Position numbers and translations under genes: made by a program. Below are positions 10,629 to 19,846 of a DNA stretch of 64,000 nucleotides, piece after piece (positions within the stretch are counted from its first letter, which is position 1; each line of letters begins with the position of its first letter). The notes beneath the pieces were generated by a model. It was given only the letters and a program-made list of their open reading frames with translations. It searched no databases and was not told where the DNA came from. Source of the stretch: Bacteroidia bacterium (GTDB taxonomy: Bacteria > Bacteroidota > Bacteroidia > UKL13-3); contig JAGPCK010000001.1 of the NCBI GenBank assembly GCA_018058135.1, positions 60,617 to 124,616 of the forward strand, written 5' to 3'.

Positions 10629-13520
10629 ATGGTGATTACACCGAAGGCTTTTCTTTTCGCAGGTTTGATGCTTTTTGTTTTCAGCACAGCATTGTGCCAG
10701 GTTAACTACAAAAACCTGACACGTGCACACGGACTTTCATCAGACAATGTATATTTTAGTTTATGCGACTCCAAAGGACTAATGTGGTTTGGAACCGATA
10801 ATGGCGTTTGTCGATATGATGGAGCGGAGTTCAAAATTTTTGATATTGATGATGGCATTACCGACAACGAAGTATTCAGAATATTTGAAGACTCCAAAGG
10901 GCGCATCTGGATACTACCTTACAACGGACAACTTTGTTTTATCCTCAATAACCAGGTTTATCATACGGGGAATACACCATGGCTGCGTGGGTTTAATAAC
11001 AAAGACTTCTTTACCGACATGGTTGAAGATGGTGAAGGCAACATCTGGTTTTTTAAGGAACAAAATCAAGAGTTCTGCATATTGGAAAACAATCTACAGG
11101 TAAAATATGGTTCACTGCCATTTAAATCATTCTATAATAACCATGTATTGTTACACGGAATCCACTACATTTTTTACAACACCAAAATCGCTAAGAAAAA
11201 GTGGGTGTACACCGTGGCCATGCTCAACCGGGAACTGAAACCCTTGACAACTTGCAGCACTAATCTATACTGCCGTTACTTTTTTACGCACCAGGATTCA
11301 CTTCGGTTTGGATGCTTTTTCGATGACAAGGAAGAAGACAATCGGATGATAAGCAGCAACAGCATTAACTTTGAAAAGGCCATTCGTGAAAAAGTGAACC
11401 CTATTTCTTTGCTTGGAAGTAGAAAAATAAATGATGCGGCATCCTTATTTCACAACCTTATTTTAACTTCTGAAAATGGCGCAATCTTGATTAAACCTCA
11501 TGAACAAGAAACATGGTTACCCGGAATTTTTGTATCTTCTGTTTCCATTGATAAAGAGAACGGAGTGTGGCTCACCACTAAAAACAATGGCGTATTTTAC
11601 TATCCGGCAAGCCTTACCAAACCCGTTCACTCCATCACCGACCCAATTTACCTGATCAAACAAAATCCGCTAAAACCACAGGAACTTTATGCAGCCAGTA
11701 ATTCCTTTATTTACCGATTGAATGGTAAAAAAACTGAAAAAATAAGTTTACCAGCATTTGTCGGTAAAAATGAACCCATCAGTGATATTATTTTTCTTAA
11801 CAATGGACACTTGGTATTGAGCAACGGAAACGGAGTATATTTTTACAATGGAAAAAAATTCCAACTTTCAGAAGGGAAGGCAGGTACCAAACAAATGTTG
11901 TATATGAACGACACGCTTTACTTTGCTCGTTCAAACAGTATTACCCTACAAGCGGCTGCTACTCTGCTCCAGCCTTACGATTTACACCATCCATTATTTA
12001 TCCAACTACATAACAACCGGGCATTGTGTTTGGTGCCTGCCAATCAGAATGAGTTTCTTTTCGGAAACAATTTTGGCGCATGGCGAATCAGCAAAACTGG
12101 CAAAACGGTTCATATTCCCGGCATTCAAAACCGCATTCACCGCATAGCTGTTTCTCCCAAAAGTTACACCGCTTATTGCTCAGACATTAATGGTGTATAC
12201 ATTCAATACAAAAATGAGCTGCATCATTACACCAACCAAAACGGTTTAACCAGCAACAGCGTTACATCAGCCTGCTTTGATGCCAACAACAACCTTTGGG
12301 TTGCAACGCCTAATGGCATCTCGCGCATTCATACCAAAACCCATAATGTAATCAACTACCACCTGTTCAGTGGAAACCGGGATGAAAAAATATACGACCT
12401 TTATTTAAACTCCGACACCACACTGCTATTGGCCACCGGCAGCGGATTGTTTGAATTTAACACCACACAAAAACCGTCTGATACCAAACCGGATATTATT
12501 ATCACGCAAATCAAAGTAAACGGACAAAACAGGGAACTCTCTACAATGGCTTCCCTTTCATCTGTTGAAAATACTATTGAAATTGCTCTTACTGCCATCT
12601 CCTATGCATTGCCACAACCCGATTTCTTTTACAGAATAGGGGGAAACGGTTCGCAATGGCAGAAAATCAGTGGCCGGGTACTCACCTTTGCCAACCTGCC
12701 TTCGGGGAGCTATGATATTCACATCCGCTGCAAAAGTATAAATGGATTATGGAGCAACACAAGAGCCATACACTTTGAAATTCATGCGCCTATTTATAAA
12801 AAATGGTGGTTTATGTGGAGCACTCTTGCAGTGCTTGCTTCCACCATAGTGCTTATCATTTACCATTGGCAAAAACGCATTCGTAAAAACAAAGAAATTG
12901 AGTTACTCCTGTCGGAAACACGACAGAAAGCCATGAGGGCACAGTTAAATCCGCACTTCGTTTTTAACGCACTCAACTCTATCCAGTTTTTGTACATGAG
13001 TCACCGCGAAGAACAGGCCATTGAATACCTGAATAAATTTTCAGTAGTACTTAGAAATATTCTTAAGCATGCCGAACAAACTTACATCCGCATTGACGAA
13101 GAAATTGAAAACATCAGAAGTTACCTTGACATAGAACAACTTAGGCTGAATGACAGGTTCACCTATTCCATTGAAACAGCCAACGAAATCGACCCCTATG
13201 CATGCCTCATCCCATCCATGCTCCTCCAGCCCTTTATAGAAAATTCCATCTGGCATGGCTTTAAAGGAATCAACTATATAGGTATGATTGATATCCGCAT
13301 CGCAAAACACAATGAACAATACCTTACCATCACCATCAGCGACAACGGTGTAGGTTTCGACACAACAGTGGCTCCCGACCCTTCCGTTTCAAAAGGAAGG
13401 CACCTGATAGAAAACAGAATTGCTGCACTCAACAAACTCAATAAACTGCCCATTCGTGTAAATACAGCAAGCACTAAGTCGGGTACCATCATCCATATTT
13501 TATTCCCTATTCAATACTGA
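10629..13520 (+). CDS. Sensor histidine kinase, LytS/YehU type: periplasmic two-component-regulator propeller repeats plus Y_Y_Y domain, one transmembrane segment, His_kinase (PF06580-like) and HATPase_c
   Basis: Signal MVITPKAFLFAGLMLFVFSTALCQ at the ATG at 10629; the track's 10614 is a TTG. It has the transmembrane segment WWFMWSTLAVLASTIVLIIY, the H-box LNPHFVFNALNSIQFL, the N-box IENSIWHG and the G1 box SDNGVGF. Confidence 0.85.
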   Translation: MVITPKAFLFAGLMLFVFSTALCQVNYKNLTRAHGLSSDNVYFSLCDSKGLMWFGTDNGVCRYDGAEFKIFDIDDGITDNEVFRIFEDSKGRIWILPYNGQLCFILNNQVYHTGNTPWLRGFNNKDFFTDMVEDGEGNIWFFKEQNQEFCILENNLQVKYGSLPFKSFYNNHVLLHGIHYIFYNTKIAKKKWVYTVAMLNRELKPLTTCSTNLYCRYFFTHQDSLRFGCFFDDKEEDNRMISSNSINFEKAIREKVNPISLLGSRKINDAASLFHNLILTSENGAILIKPHEQETWLPGIFVSSVSIDKENGVWLTTKNNGVFYYPASLTKPVHSITDPIYLIKQNPLKPQELYAASNSFIYRLNGKKTEKISLPAFVGKNEPISDIIFLNNGHLVLSNGNGVYFYNGKKFQLSEGKAGTKQMLYMNDTLYFARSNSITLQAAATLLQPYDLHHPLFIQLHNNRALCLVPANQNEFLFGNNFGAWRISKTGKTVHIPGIQNRIHRIAVSPKSYTAYCSDINGVYIQYKNELHHYTNQNGLTSNSVTSACFDANNNLWVATPNGISRIHTKTHNVINYHLFSGNRDEKIYDLYLNSDTTLLLATGSGLFEFNTTQKPSDTKPDIIITQIKVNGQNRELSTMASLSSVENTIEIALTAISYALPQPDFFYRIGGNGSQWQKISGRVLTFANLPSGSYDIHIRCKSINGLWSNTRAIHFEIHAPIYKKWWFMWSTLAVLASTIVLIIYHWQKRIRKNKEIELLLSETRQKAMRAQLNPHFVFNALNSIQFLYMSHREEQAIEYLNKFSVVLRNILKHAEQTYIRIDEEIENIRSYLDIEQLRLNDRFTYSIETANEIDPYACLIPSMLLQPFIENSIWHGFKGINYIGMIDIRIAKHNEQYLTITISDNGVGFDTTVAPDPSVSKGRHLIENRIAALNKLNKLPIRVNTASTKSGTIIHILFPIQY

Positions 13521-13521
13521 T

Positions 13522-14268
13522 ATGATTAAAGCATTGGTTATAGATGATGAACAAATGGCGCGCGACACCATTGAACTGTTCATTAAAAAATATACCCCCG
13601 ACATACAACTCATTGGCAAAGCAGGCTCGGTAACAGAAGGTGTGCGGCTCATACAGCAAACCCCGCCCGACATTTTATTTCTCGATATCAACATGCCTGA
13701 GAAAAAGGGGTTCGCTATATTTGACGAGATTGATCTGAGTCATATCAAAGTAATTTTTACCACTGCATACAGTGAATATGCCATCAAGGCCATCAACCTC
13801 TCAGCAAGTTACTACCTGCTTAAACCCATCTCTCCGGTAGAATTTAAAAAAGCTGTAGAAAAAACACTCGAAAAAATAAATCAACAGGTTTCTGATGTAA
13901 ACACCATTGCTTTTTTGAAAAACCTGATTGGACAAAACCAGCCCCATCCCAAACAACTACTCATCAACATCAGGCAGGGATATGAGCTCATCAAAACAGA
14001 AGAGATCATGTACCTCGAGGGTGAAAAAAATTATACCTGGATTCACCATTCAGATAAAAAACACCTAGTGGCTAAGCCACTCAAAGATTACGAAGAATTC
14101 CTCGACCCAGGTCAATTTTTCCGCATACACCAATCATTTCTCATCAACCGCCATTTCATCAAAAAAATTTACAACACCAAACCCGATCAGGTGGAACTTC
14201 ACAACAACACCCGCATCAACATCTCGCGCGACAAAAAAAGAAAATTTATTGAGTGGCTGGAACGGTAA
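13522..14268 (+). CDS. LytTR-family response regulator (REC + LytTR DNA-binding domain)
   Basis: MIKALVIDDEQ..DILFLDINMP receiver, and a C-terminal LytTR domain (IMYLEGEKNYTWIHHSDKKHLVAKPLKDYEEFLDPGQFFRIHQSFLIN). Its start lies 1 nt after the kinase stop. Confidence 0.9.
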   Translation: MIKALVIDDEQMARDTIELFIKKYTPDIQLIGKAGSVTEGVRLIQQTPPDILFLDINMPEKKGFAIFDEIDLSHIKVIFTTAYSEYAIKAINLSASYYLLKPISPVEFKKAVEKTLEKINQQVSDVNTIAFLKNLIGQNQPHPKQLLINIRQGYELIKTEEIMYLEGEKNYTWIHHSDKKHLVAKPLKDYEEFLDPGQFFRIHQSFLINRHFIKKIYNTKPDQVELHNNTRINISRDKKRKFIEWLER

Positions 14269-14315
14269 AATGAAAGTTACTTAAACAGAAATAAAATCTA
14301 ATTGTATGCCTCCCT

Positions 14316-14393
14316 GCTACGGGAACACACCCAGTTGCATGTAGCTGGTGGCCAGTTTGTCAATACCGTTTACAAAAGCTGCAATGCGCAGGT
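14316..14393 (-). repeat. Partial copy B of the gdh 3' end, ~78 bp
   Basis: ctacgggaacacacccagttgca.gtagctggtggccagtttgtcaataccgtttacaaaagctgc..tgcgcaggtc matches 15391..15470 almost exactly and then diverges. Confidence 0.8.
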
Positions 14394-14460
14394 CGCGGGG
14401 ACGTCAAACACGGGCAATTGTAGCTAATGGTATAACACGCTGCTACAAATATGAACATTA

Positions 14461-15297
14461 CTAAAGGCTAGGTATGCCAGTTTCATCTGTAAAAATACGG
14501 GGTACTACTCTAATTATTTTCTCCTCCTTCCGTTCATTTTTCTCAAACCCTCTTTTTTTTACTTTAGGCTCAATTAAGGTTTCTTCTTCATAAGAATTTG
14601 AAATAAATAAAGGAATACACTCTGGCTCAAACTGTACTGTGTATGTTAAAAAATCAATTTTGCTTGAAGTCAATCTTTTATCATACGCACTAGAGTCAGA
14701 GCATAATATATCTATTGATTTGAATATTGCAACGCGTAAGTTATGATTATTTATTTGAACAGAATCGTAAGTGATTCTTTTTTTTCCCTTAATATGTTTG
14801 AAATCGTATGGATTACATATTTCGATTAAGTTCATTTCTCTGTAGAAATAATTGCAAGATAATCTTACTTCGAATTTATATTGTGAGAATGGCATTACTT
14901 TGACAAACTTATACCAATCAAATGCATCGTAAAGATGCATTATTTTTTTACCTGATGATATATAAAAGTGACCATAGGTTGGTGTAATTGATAAAAAATA
15001 TTCCTTGCTGTAAAAATCATATTGATGAACCACCGGTGAGTAATTATATATTGCTTCATCAATCATTCCTGTATATAGGTAATTTACTTCTTGAGTATTA
15101 TTTACTATTAAAAAAGTGTTAACACTATCATTATTGTCGTCTTTTAAGTAAATAAGATGAACTCCTTCAGTGTAATTTGAATCAAGCCCTTCTTTCGCAA
15201 CTATCGTTTCACATCCATGTGTCTGGGCAAATGCATTTATCCCAAGGCTAATCTGCAGACAACACAAAAAAATATAGACTAATTTATTATACCTCAT
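14461..15297 (-). CDS. Hypothetical secreted protein, very AT-rich (single-gene islet between gdh copies B and C)
   Basis: ATG at 15297 gives MRYNKLVYIFLCCLQISLGINAFAQ, a signal peptide. The track's longer 15447 start runs into the gdh 3' end and is spurious. I recognise no domain. Base composition is sharply lower in GC than the neighbours. Confidence 0.55.
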   Translation of the reverse strand: MRYNKLVYIFLCCLQISLGINAFAQTHGCETIVAKEGLDSNYTEGVHLIYLKDDNNDSVNTFLIVNNTQEVNYLYTGMIDEAIYNYSPVVHQYDFYSKEYFLSITPTYGHFYISSGKKIMHLYDAFDWYKFVKVMPFSQYKFEVRLSCNYFYREMNLIEICNPYDFKHIKGKKRITYDSVQINNHNLRVAIFKSIDILCSDSSAYDKRLTSSKIDFLTYTVQFEPECIPLFISNSYEEETLIEPKVKKRGFEKNERKEEKIIRVVPRIFTDETGIPSL

Positions 15298-15400
15298 GTC
15301 AATAATATTATTGTCTTTGGTTGGCGAAGACGGCAACCACGGACTAAGAAGGGGATCCATCACGCAAACAGAAGAAATGAAATGGAATTTTATGTTGGGC

Positions 15401-16825
15401 CTACGGGAACACACCCAGTTGCAGGTAGCTGGTGGCCAGTTTGTCAATACCGTTTACAAAAGCTGCTGTGCGCAGGTCTTTGATTTCGCGGTTGTGGTTG
15501 CGTATGTCAAACAGTTCATTGGTGGCACCAATCATGGTATCTTCTAAACCTGAGCGCACCAAATCAATTTCATCGGCACCGTGAATGAGTATGCTTTTTT
15601 GTTTTGCATCAACGCTATTGCCGGTTAACTGTTCAATGGTATCTACCAGTCTGCGCATGGCACCTTCTTCAAACCTTCGCTCCATACGTCCGAAACGTAC
15701 GTGCGACAAATTGCGCAACCATTCAAAGTAGGACACCGTTACACCACCTGCATTCAGGTATAAATCGGGCAGCAACATGATGTTACGCTCCAACAGAATT
15801 TTTTCTGCTGCGAAAGTTGTGGGGCCGTTAGCACCCTCAGCAATTACTTTGGCTTTTATGCGGGGCGCATTTTCATGAGTTATCTGGTTTTCCAGGGCAG
15901 CGGGTATTAACACATCGCATTCCTGTTCCAGTAATTCCATCGAATTGGTGAAATTTTTTGCACCCGGAAAATCAAGTATGGAACGTGTGTTTTTGCGGTG
16001 CTGAAATACTTCTTCTACATCCAGGCCATCGGCATTATATATTCCACCTTCATATTCGGCAATGCCTACTATAACGGCACCACCTTCCTGACAAAATTTG
16101 GCTGCGTAGTAACCTACATTACCTAAACCTTGTACTATAATCCGCTTGCCTTCTATGCCCGTGGTGAGACCTATTTTAGTCATCTCTTCCTTGTTGCTCA
16201 GGCACTCGCGAATACCGTAAAAAATACCCAGACCTGTGGCTTCTGTGCGGCCGTTAATTCCGCCTTGTCCAACGGGTTTTCCTGTTACGCAACCCAGCGC
16301 ATTAATATCATCGGGTTTAAAGGCAGCGTAAGTATCGGCAATCCAGGCCATCTCACGTGGTCCGGTGCCATAATCAGGAGCAGGCACATCTACAGCCGGG
16401 CCAATCATGTCTCTGCGAATTAATTCCGTGGCAAACCTGCGGGTTATTTTCTCCAATTGTGCGGGTGAATATTTTTTGGGGTCCACCTTTACTCCACCTT
16501 TGGCACCTCCAAAAGGTACGTTTACAACGGCACATTTAAATGTCATGAGCGTTGCTAAGGCTTTTACCTCGTCCACGTCTACCATTTCGCTGAACCGAAT
16601 ACCGCCTTTTACGGGTGTTTTATGCTGGCTGTGCTGAACGCGGATGCCTTCAAACACTTCAATATTCTCTCCTATTTTTACCGGAAAATTAGTCACGTAA
16701 ACACTGTTGCAGATTTTGATTTGTTCCAGCAAACCCTTGTCGTGCTTAGTATAGCGTGCAGCATTGTCGAAATAGTGCAGTACATCGTTGTAAAAACCAA
16801 GACCTGCATTTTTAGCGTGGCTCAT
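15401..16825 (-). CDS. gdhA: Glutamate dehydrogenase (Glu/Leu/Phe/Val dehydrogenase family)
   Basis: 474 aa, ..VNVPFGGAKGGVKVDPKKYSPAQLEKITRRFATEL.. and GLGNVGYYAAKF (Rossmann fold). ATG at 16825. Confidence 0.9.
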   Translation of the reverse strand: MSHAKNAGLGFYNDVLHYFDNAARYTKHDKGLLEQIKICNSVYVTNFPVKIGENIEVFEGIRVQHSQHKTPVKGGIRFSEMVDVDEVKALATLMTFKCAVVNVPFGGAKGGVKVDPKKYSPAQLEKITRRFATELIRRDMIGPAVDVPAPDYGTGPREMAWIADTYAAFKPDDINALGCVTGKPVGQGGINGRTEATGLGIFYGIRECLSNKEEMTKIGLTTGIEGKRIIVQGLGNVGYYAAKFCQEGGAVIVGIAEYEGGIYNADGLDVEEVFQHRKNTRSILDFPGAKNFTNSMELLEQECDVLIPAALENQITHENAPRIKAKVIAEGANGPTTFAAEKILLERNIMLLPDLYLNAGGVTVSYFEWLRNLSHVRFGRMERRFEEGAMRRLVDTIEQLTGNSVDAKQKSILIHGADEIDLVRSGLEDTMIGATNELFDIRNHNREIKDLRTAAFVNGIDKLATSYLQLGVFP

Positions 16826-16881
16826 AGACTTTTTTAGATTTTAGTATACACGAAATAAGTACAGAAATGCCTAATTTCAAA

Positions 16882-18276
16882 CTACATGTGTAACGGGCGG
16901 TTCTCCGAAGCTGCCAAACAAGCCTCTTTGAACGCTTCAGTATACGTAGGGTGGGCATGGCTCATACGGGCTACATCCTCAGCGCTGGCACGGAATTCCA
17001 TAGCTACTACAGCTTCAGCAATCATATCGGCAGCACGGGCACCTATGATGTGTGCTCCCAGAATTTCATCTGTTTCCGTATCGGCCAGAATTTTTACCAA
17101 TCCGTCTAAATCCATGCTGGCACGCGCTCTGCCAAGTGCACGGAAAGGGAAACTTCCCACTTTATATTTTCGTCCGGCTTTTTTGAGTTCTTCTTCGGTA
17201 TGTCCTACTCCGGCCACTTCAGGCCAGGTGTAAACTACAGAAGGGATAAGCAGGTAGTTGATGTGCGGTTTCTGACCTGAAATGGTTTCGGCAACAAATA
17301 CCCCCTCTTCTTCAGCTTTGTGAGCCAGCATAGCGCCTCGCACTACGTCACCTATGGCGTAAATGTTGGGTACTGCGGTTTGCAAATGATCATCCACGGC
17401 TATACGACCACGTTCATCTGCCTTTAATCCTGCTGCTGCCAGGTTCAGTCCATCCGTATAAGGTTTACGACCAACTGAAACCAAGCAGTAATCACCTTTC
17501 AGTTCCACTTTTTCGCCTTTTTCATTGTCGGCAGTAACCGTTACTTCTTTCCCTTTTGCGGTAGCAGCAGTTACTTTATGGTTAAAGAAAAACTCAAAGC
17601 CCAGTTTCTTTAATACCCTTTGCAGCTCTTTACCCATTGCCCCATCCATCATAGGAATTAATGAACCTGTGTATTCCACCACACTTACTTTAGCACCTAA
17701 ACGGGCATAAACTGAGCCCAGCTCTAAGCCAATTACACCACCACCAATAATGATCAGGTGCTTGGGCACCTCGGTCATTTCCAATGCTTCGGTAGAGGTA
17801 ATGATGCGTTTTTTATCAATGTTTAATCCGGGTAAAGAAGATGGTTTTGAACCGGTAGCAATAATCACTTTATCAGTTTCAATGGTTTGCTCCTTTTCAC
17901 CTGAAACCTTGATGGTGTTTTTATTTACAAATGAACCAACGCCTGTGTACACATCAATTTTATTTTTCTTCATCAGAAAATTGATACCGTCAGTATTTTG
18001 TTTAACCACCTCCGATTTGCGGGAAATCATTTGTTTCAGATTCACTTTTACTTCTTTCACATCAATACCGTGTGTGGCAAAGGTGTGTGTGGCATTGTGG
18101 TAATGTTCTGACGAATCAAGCAATGCCTTGGAAGGAATACAACCCACATTAAGACAGGTACCACCCAGTGTAGGGTACTTTTCTACAATAGCTGTTTTTA
18201 AACCTAACTGCGCGCAACGAATAGCGGCTACATATCCGCCAGGTCCTGAACCAATAATGGTAACATCGTATTTCAT
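16882..18276 (-). CDS. lpdA: Dihydrolipoyl dehydrogenase (E3)
   Basis: MKYDVTIIGSGPGGYVAAIRCAQLGLKTAIVEK..GGTCLNVGCIPSKALL, 464 aa. Classic pyridine-nucleotide disulfide oxidoreductase. Confidence 0.92.
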   Translation of the reverse strand: MKYDVTIIGSGPGGYVAAIRCAQLGLKTAIVEKYPTLGGTCLNVGCIPSKALLDSSEHYHNATHTFATHGIDVKEVKVNLKQMISRKSEVVKQNTDGINFLMKKNKIDVYTGVGSFVNKNTIKVSGEKEQTIETDKVIIATGSKPSSLPGLNIDKKRIITSTEALEMTEVPKHLIIIGGGVIGLELGSVYARLGAKVSVVEYTGSLIPMMDGAMGKELQRVLKKLGFEFFFNHKVTAATAKGKEVTVTADNEKGEKVELKGDYCLVSVGRKPYTDGLNLAAAGLKADERGRIAVDDHLQTAVPNIYAIGDVVRGAMLAHKAEEEGVFVAETISGQKPHINYLLIPSVVYTWPEVAGVGHTEEELKKAGRKYKVGSFPFRALGRARASMDLDGLVKILADTETDEILGAHIIGARAADMIAEAVVAMEFRASAEDVARMSHAHPTYTEAFKEACLAASENRPLHM

Positions 18277-18425
18277 GAATCTTATAATTTATAAAAAGTG
18301 GGACAAAGGTAGGGAAATGATGGGGGTGAAAGCAAGCAGCAATACGCAAGCCCCCGAAAGCAAAAAAAGCGCTTTCAAATAAACAATCAATAGTGGAATA
18401 AGTATATTCGTTGACTCGAAATCAA

Positions 18426-18938
18426 ATGAAAAAATTAAAGTACATCTATTGCTTGCTGGTGTTGATAGGGTTTTCCTCAATTACTCAAGCACAGTATACA
18501 GCCAAACAATTGCAATCAAGGGCTCAGTTTCAGGCTCAGCAAATGATGGATTCTCTTGTAAAAGGGAGGCATACCGGTTATGTCGCTTTTATTTACCCCA
18601 AACTGGCTCAAATGGCCGGGGGAAAAGAATCTATGGTAACTGGCTTAGATAAAGTGCGGGAAAACATGGTTAAAAAGGGAGAACAGTTTGTTCGTATCAA
18701 AGCCGGAAAAGCAGGAACGTGTGTTAAAGAGAAGAATGAGTTGCAATGTGTACTTCAACAAACCACTACTGTCAAAACCCTGCAAGGAGAAAAAAACTTA
18801 CGCACACATATTATCTGCATATCTGTTGACAATGGAAAACGCTGGACCTTTATTGATACCGGTGGAGCAAAGCCAGAGATGATACGGCAGGCTTTCCCCA
18901 ATGTAAGTGCATCATTGGTGTTTCCGACATTGAATTAA
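18426..18938 (+). CDS. Hypothetical secreted protein
   Basis: ATG at 18426 gives MKKLKYIYCLLVLIGFSSITQAQ, a signal peptide; the track's 18411 start is a TTG. No domain recognised. Confidence 0.55.
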   Translation: MKKLKYIYCLLVLIGFSSITQAQYTAKQLQSRAQFQAQQMMDSLVKGRHTGYVAFIYPKLAQMAGGKESMVTGLDKVRENMVKKGEQFVRIKAGKAGTCVKEKNELQCVLQQTTTVKTLQGEKNLRTHIICISVDNGKRWTFIDTGGAKPEMIRQAFPNVSASLVFPTLN

Positions 18939-18941
18939 CTG

Positions 18942-19049
18942 TTATTTCTTTTCCAGAAAATCCATCAGCTCCCGTTTATACGATTCAACACCCAACACAT
19001 CACTCACCTGATAATAATCTCCTGTGTTGGTGGTTACTATATCCCTCGG
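18942..19049 (-). pseudogene. Remnant copy of the DUF4476 gene 3' end (last ~31 codons, ~88% identical to 22608..22700)
   Basis: Reverse-strand reading gives ..IVTTNTGDYYQVSDVLGVESYKRELMDFLEKK*, against ..TTNTGDYYQLSDVLGVESYKRELMEFLEKK* for the intact gene. An in-frame stop 35 codons upstream truncates it. Confidence 0.8.
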
Positions 19050-19132
19050 TTAGCTTGGGAGAGTATTGCCGATTTTAGGCATATAATGAGACCTACCCCC
19101 TTAAGCTGTTTTTGTAAGCTTTTGCTAAATTA

Positions 19133-19834
19133 CTATTGCGGGTGTACATGAAAATCATAGGTTTTAAGGGAAGAAACTCCTATCACATCTGTAGCTGATA
19201 CATTTAGAACATAATGGGCGTGAACTTTTGTTCTGATTCCGTAGATTGTATCAAAATTATGTGTCGTTGTGTTTTTAATGGTGGTAAGATAATTGAACAC
19301 AAGATTATTCTCTTTAGTAATCCATATTCGTGCTGACTTGAGATTTTTAGTATGCTCAATAACTCCTTTAATATTTAGTGTCTCCCCGTCTGCAAATAAA
19401 TCTTTGTAAGGCGAAAGAATCGTAATTTGAGGTTGGGGTTCAATGATGTTGTTTATTACAGAAAATGTTACCGACTTTTCAGCTATGCTTCCGTTATGAT
19501 TCATTGCTTGAACAATCAACTTCATTTGAGTGTACTTCAATACACCTGGCAAAAAATAGAGATTGACTTTGGCCTCTTTGCTATGTGAATGCCCCTCATA
19601 AGAATAAACCATTGAACTATCCTCTGTGTTAATAACCTCAATTTGATAATCATGAATATCATCATCAGAAACAATGTAAACCTGAATACGAGCTGTGTCA
19701 CTTTCATATAGCTCCTGATTGTTAATCGGAGATATAATGTCTATGCTGGTATCTGTTAAACCAATTGACTGATTATCTTTAATGCACCCCAATAGAAGTG
19801 TTACTGCTAAAAAAACTACTGACTGAATTCTCAT
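19133..19834 (-). CDS. Hypothetical lipoprotein
   Basis: MRIQSVVFLAVTLLLGCIKDNQ, a signal peptide with a lipobox-like LLGC. 233 aa, no recognised domain. First gene of the island operon when read from the 3' end. Confidence 0.55.
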   Translation of the reverse strand: MRIQSVVFLAVTLLLGCIKDNQSIGLTDTSIDIISPINNQELYESDTARIQVYIVSDDDIHDYQIEVINTEDSSMVYSYEGHSHSKEAKVNLYFLPGVLKYTQMKLIVQAMNHNGSIAEKSVTFSVINNIIEPQPQITILSPYKDLFADGETLNIKGVIEHTKNLKSARIWITKENNLVFNYLTTIKNTTTHNFDTIYGIRTKVHAHYVLNVSATDVIGVSSLKTYDFHVHPQ

Positions 19835-19846
19835 TTAAACTTTTAA

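Noticed and set aside
14461-15447. The long N-terminal extension of the 14461..15297 gene up to 15447
   Set aside because: The extension crosses into the gdh 3' end and downstream sequence. A good signal peptide begins at the internal ATG at 15297.
16130-18103. Plus-strand ORFs inside gdh and lpd (16130..16423, 16357..16539, 16886..17233, 17750..18103 and others)
   Set aside because: They are antisense to highly conserved enzyme genes.
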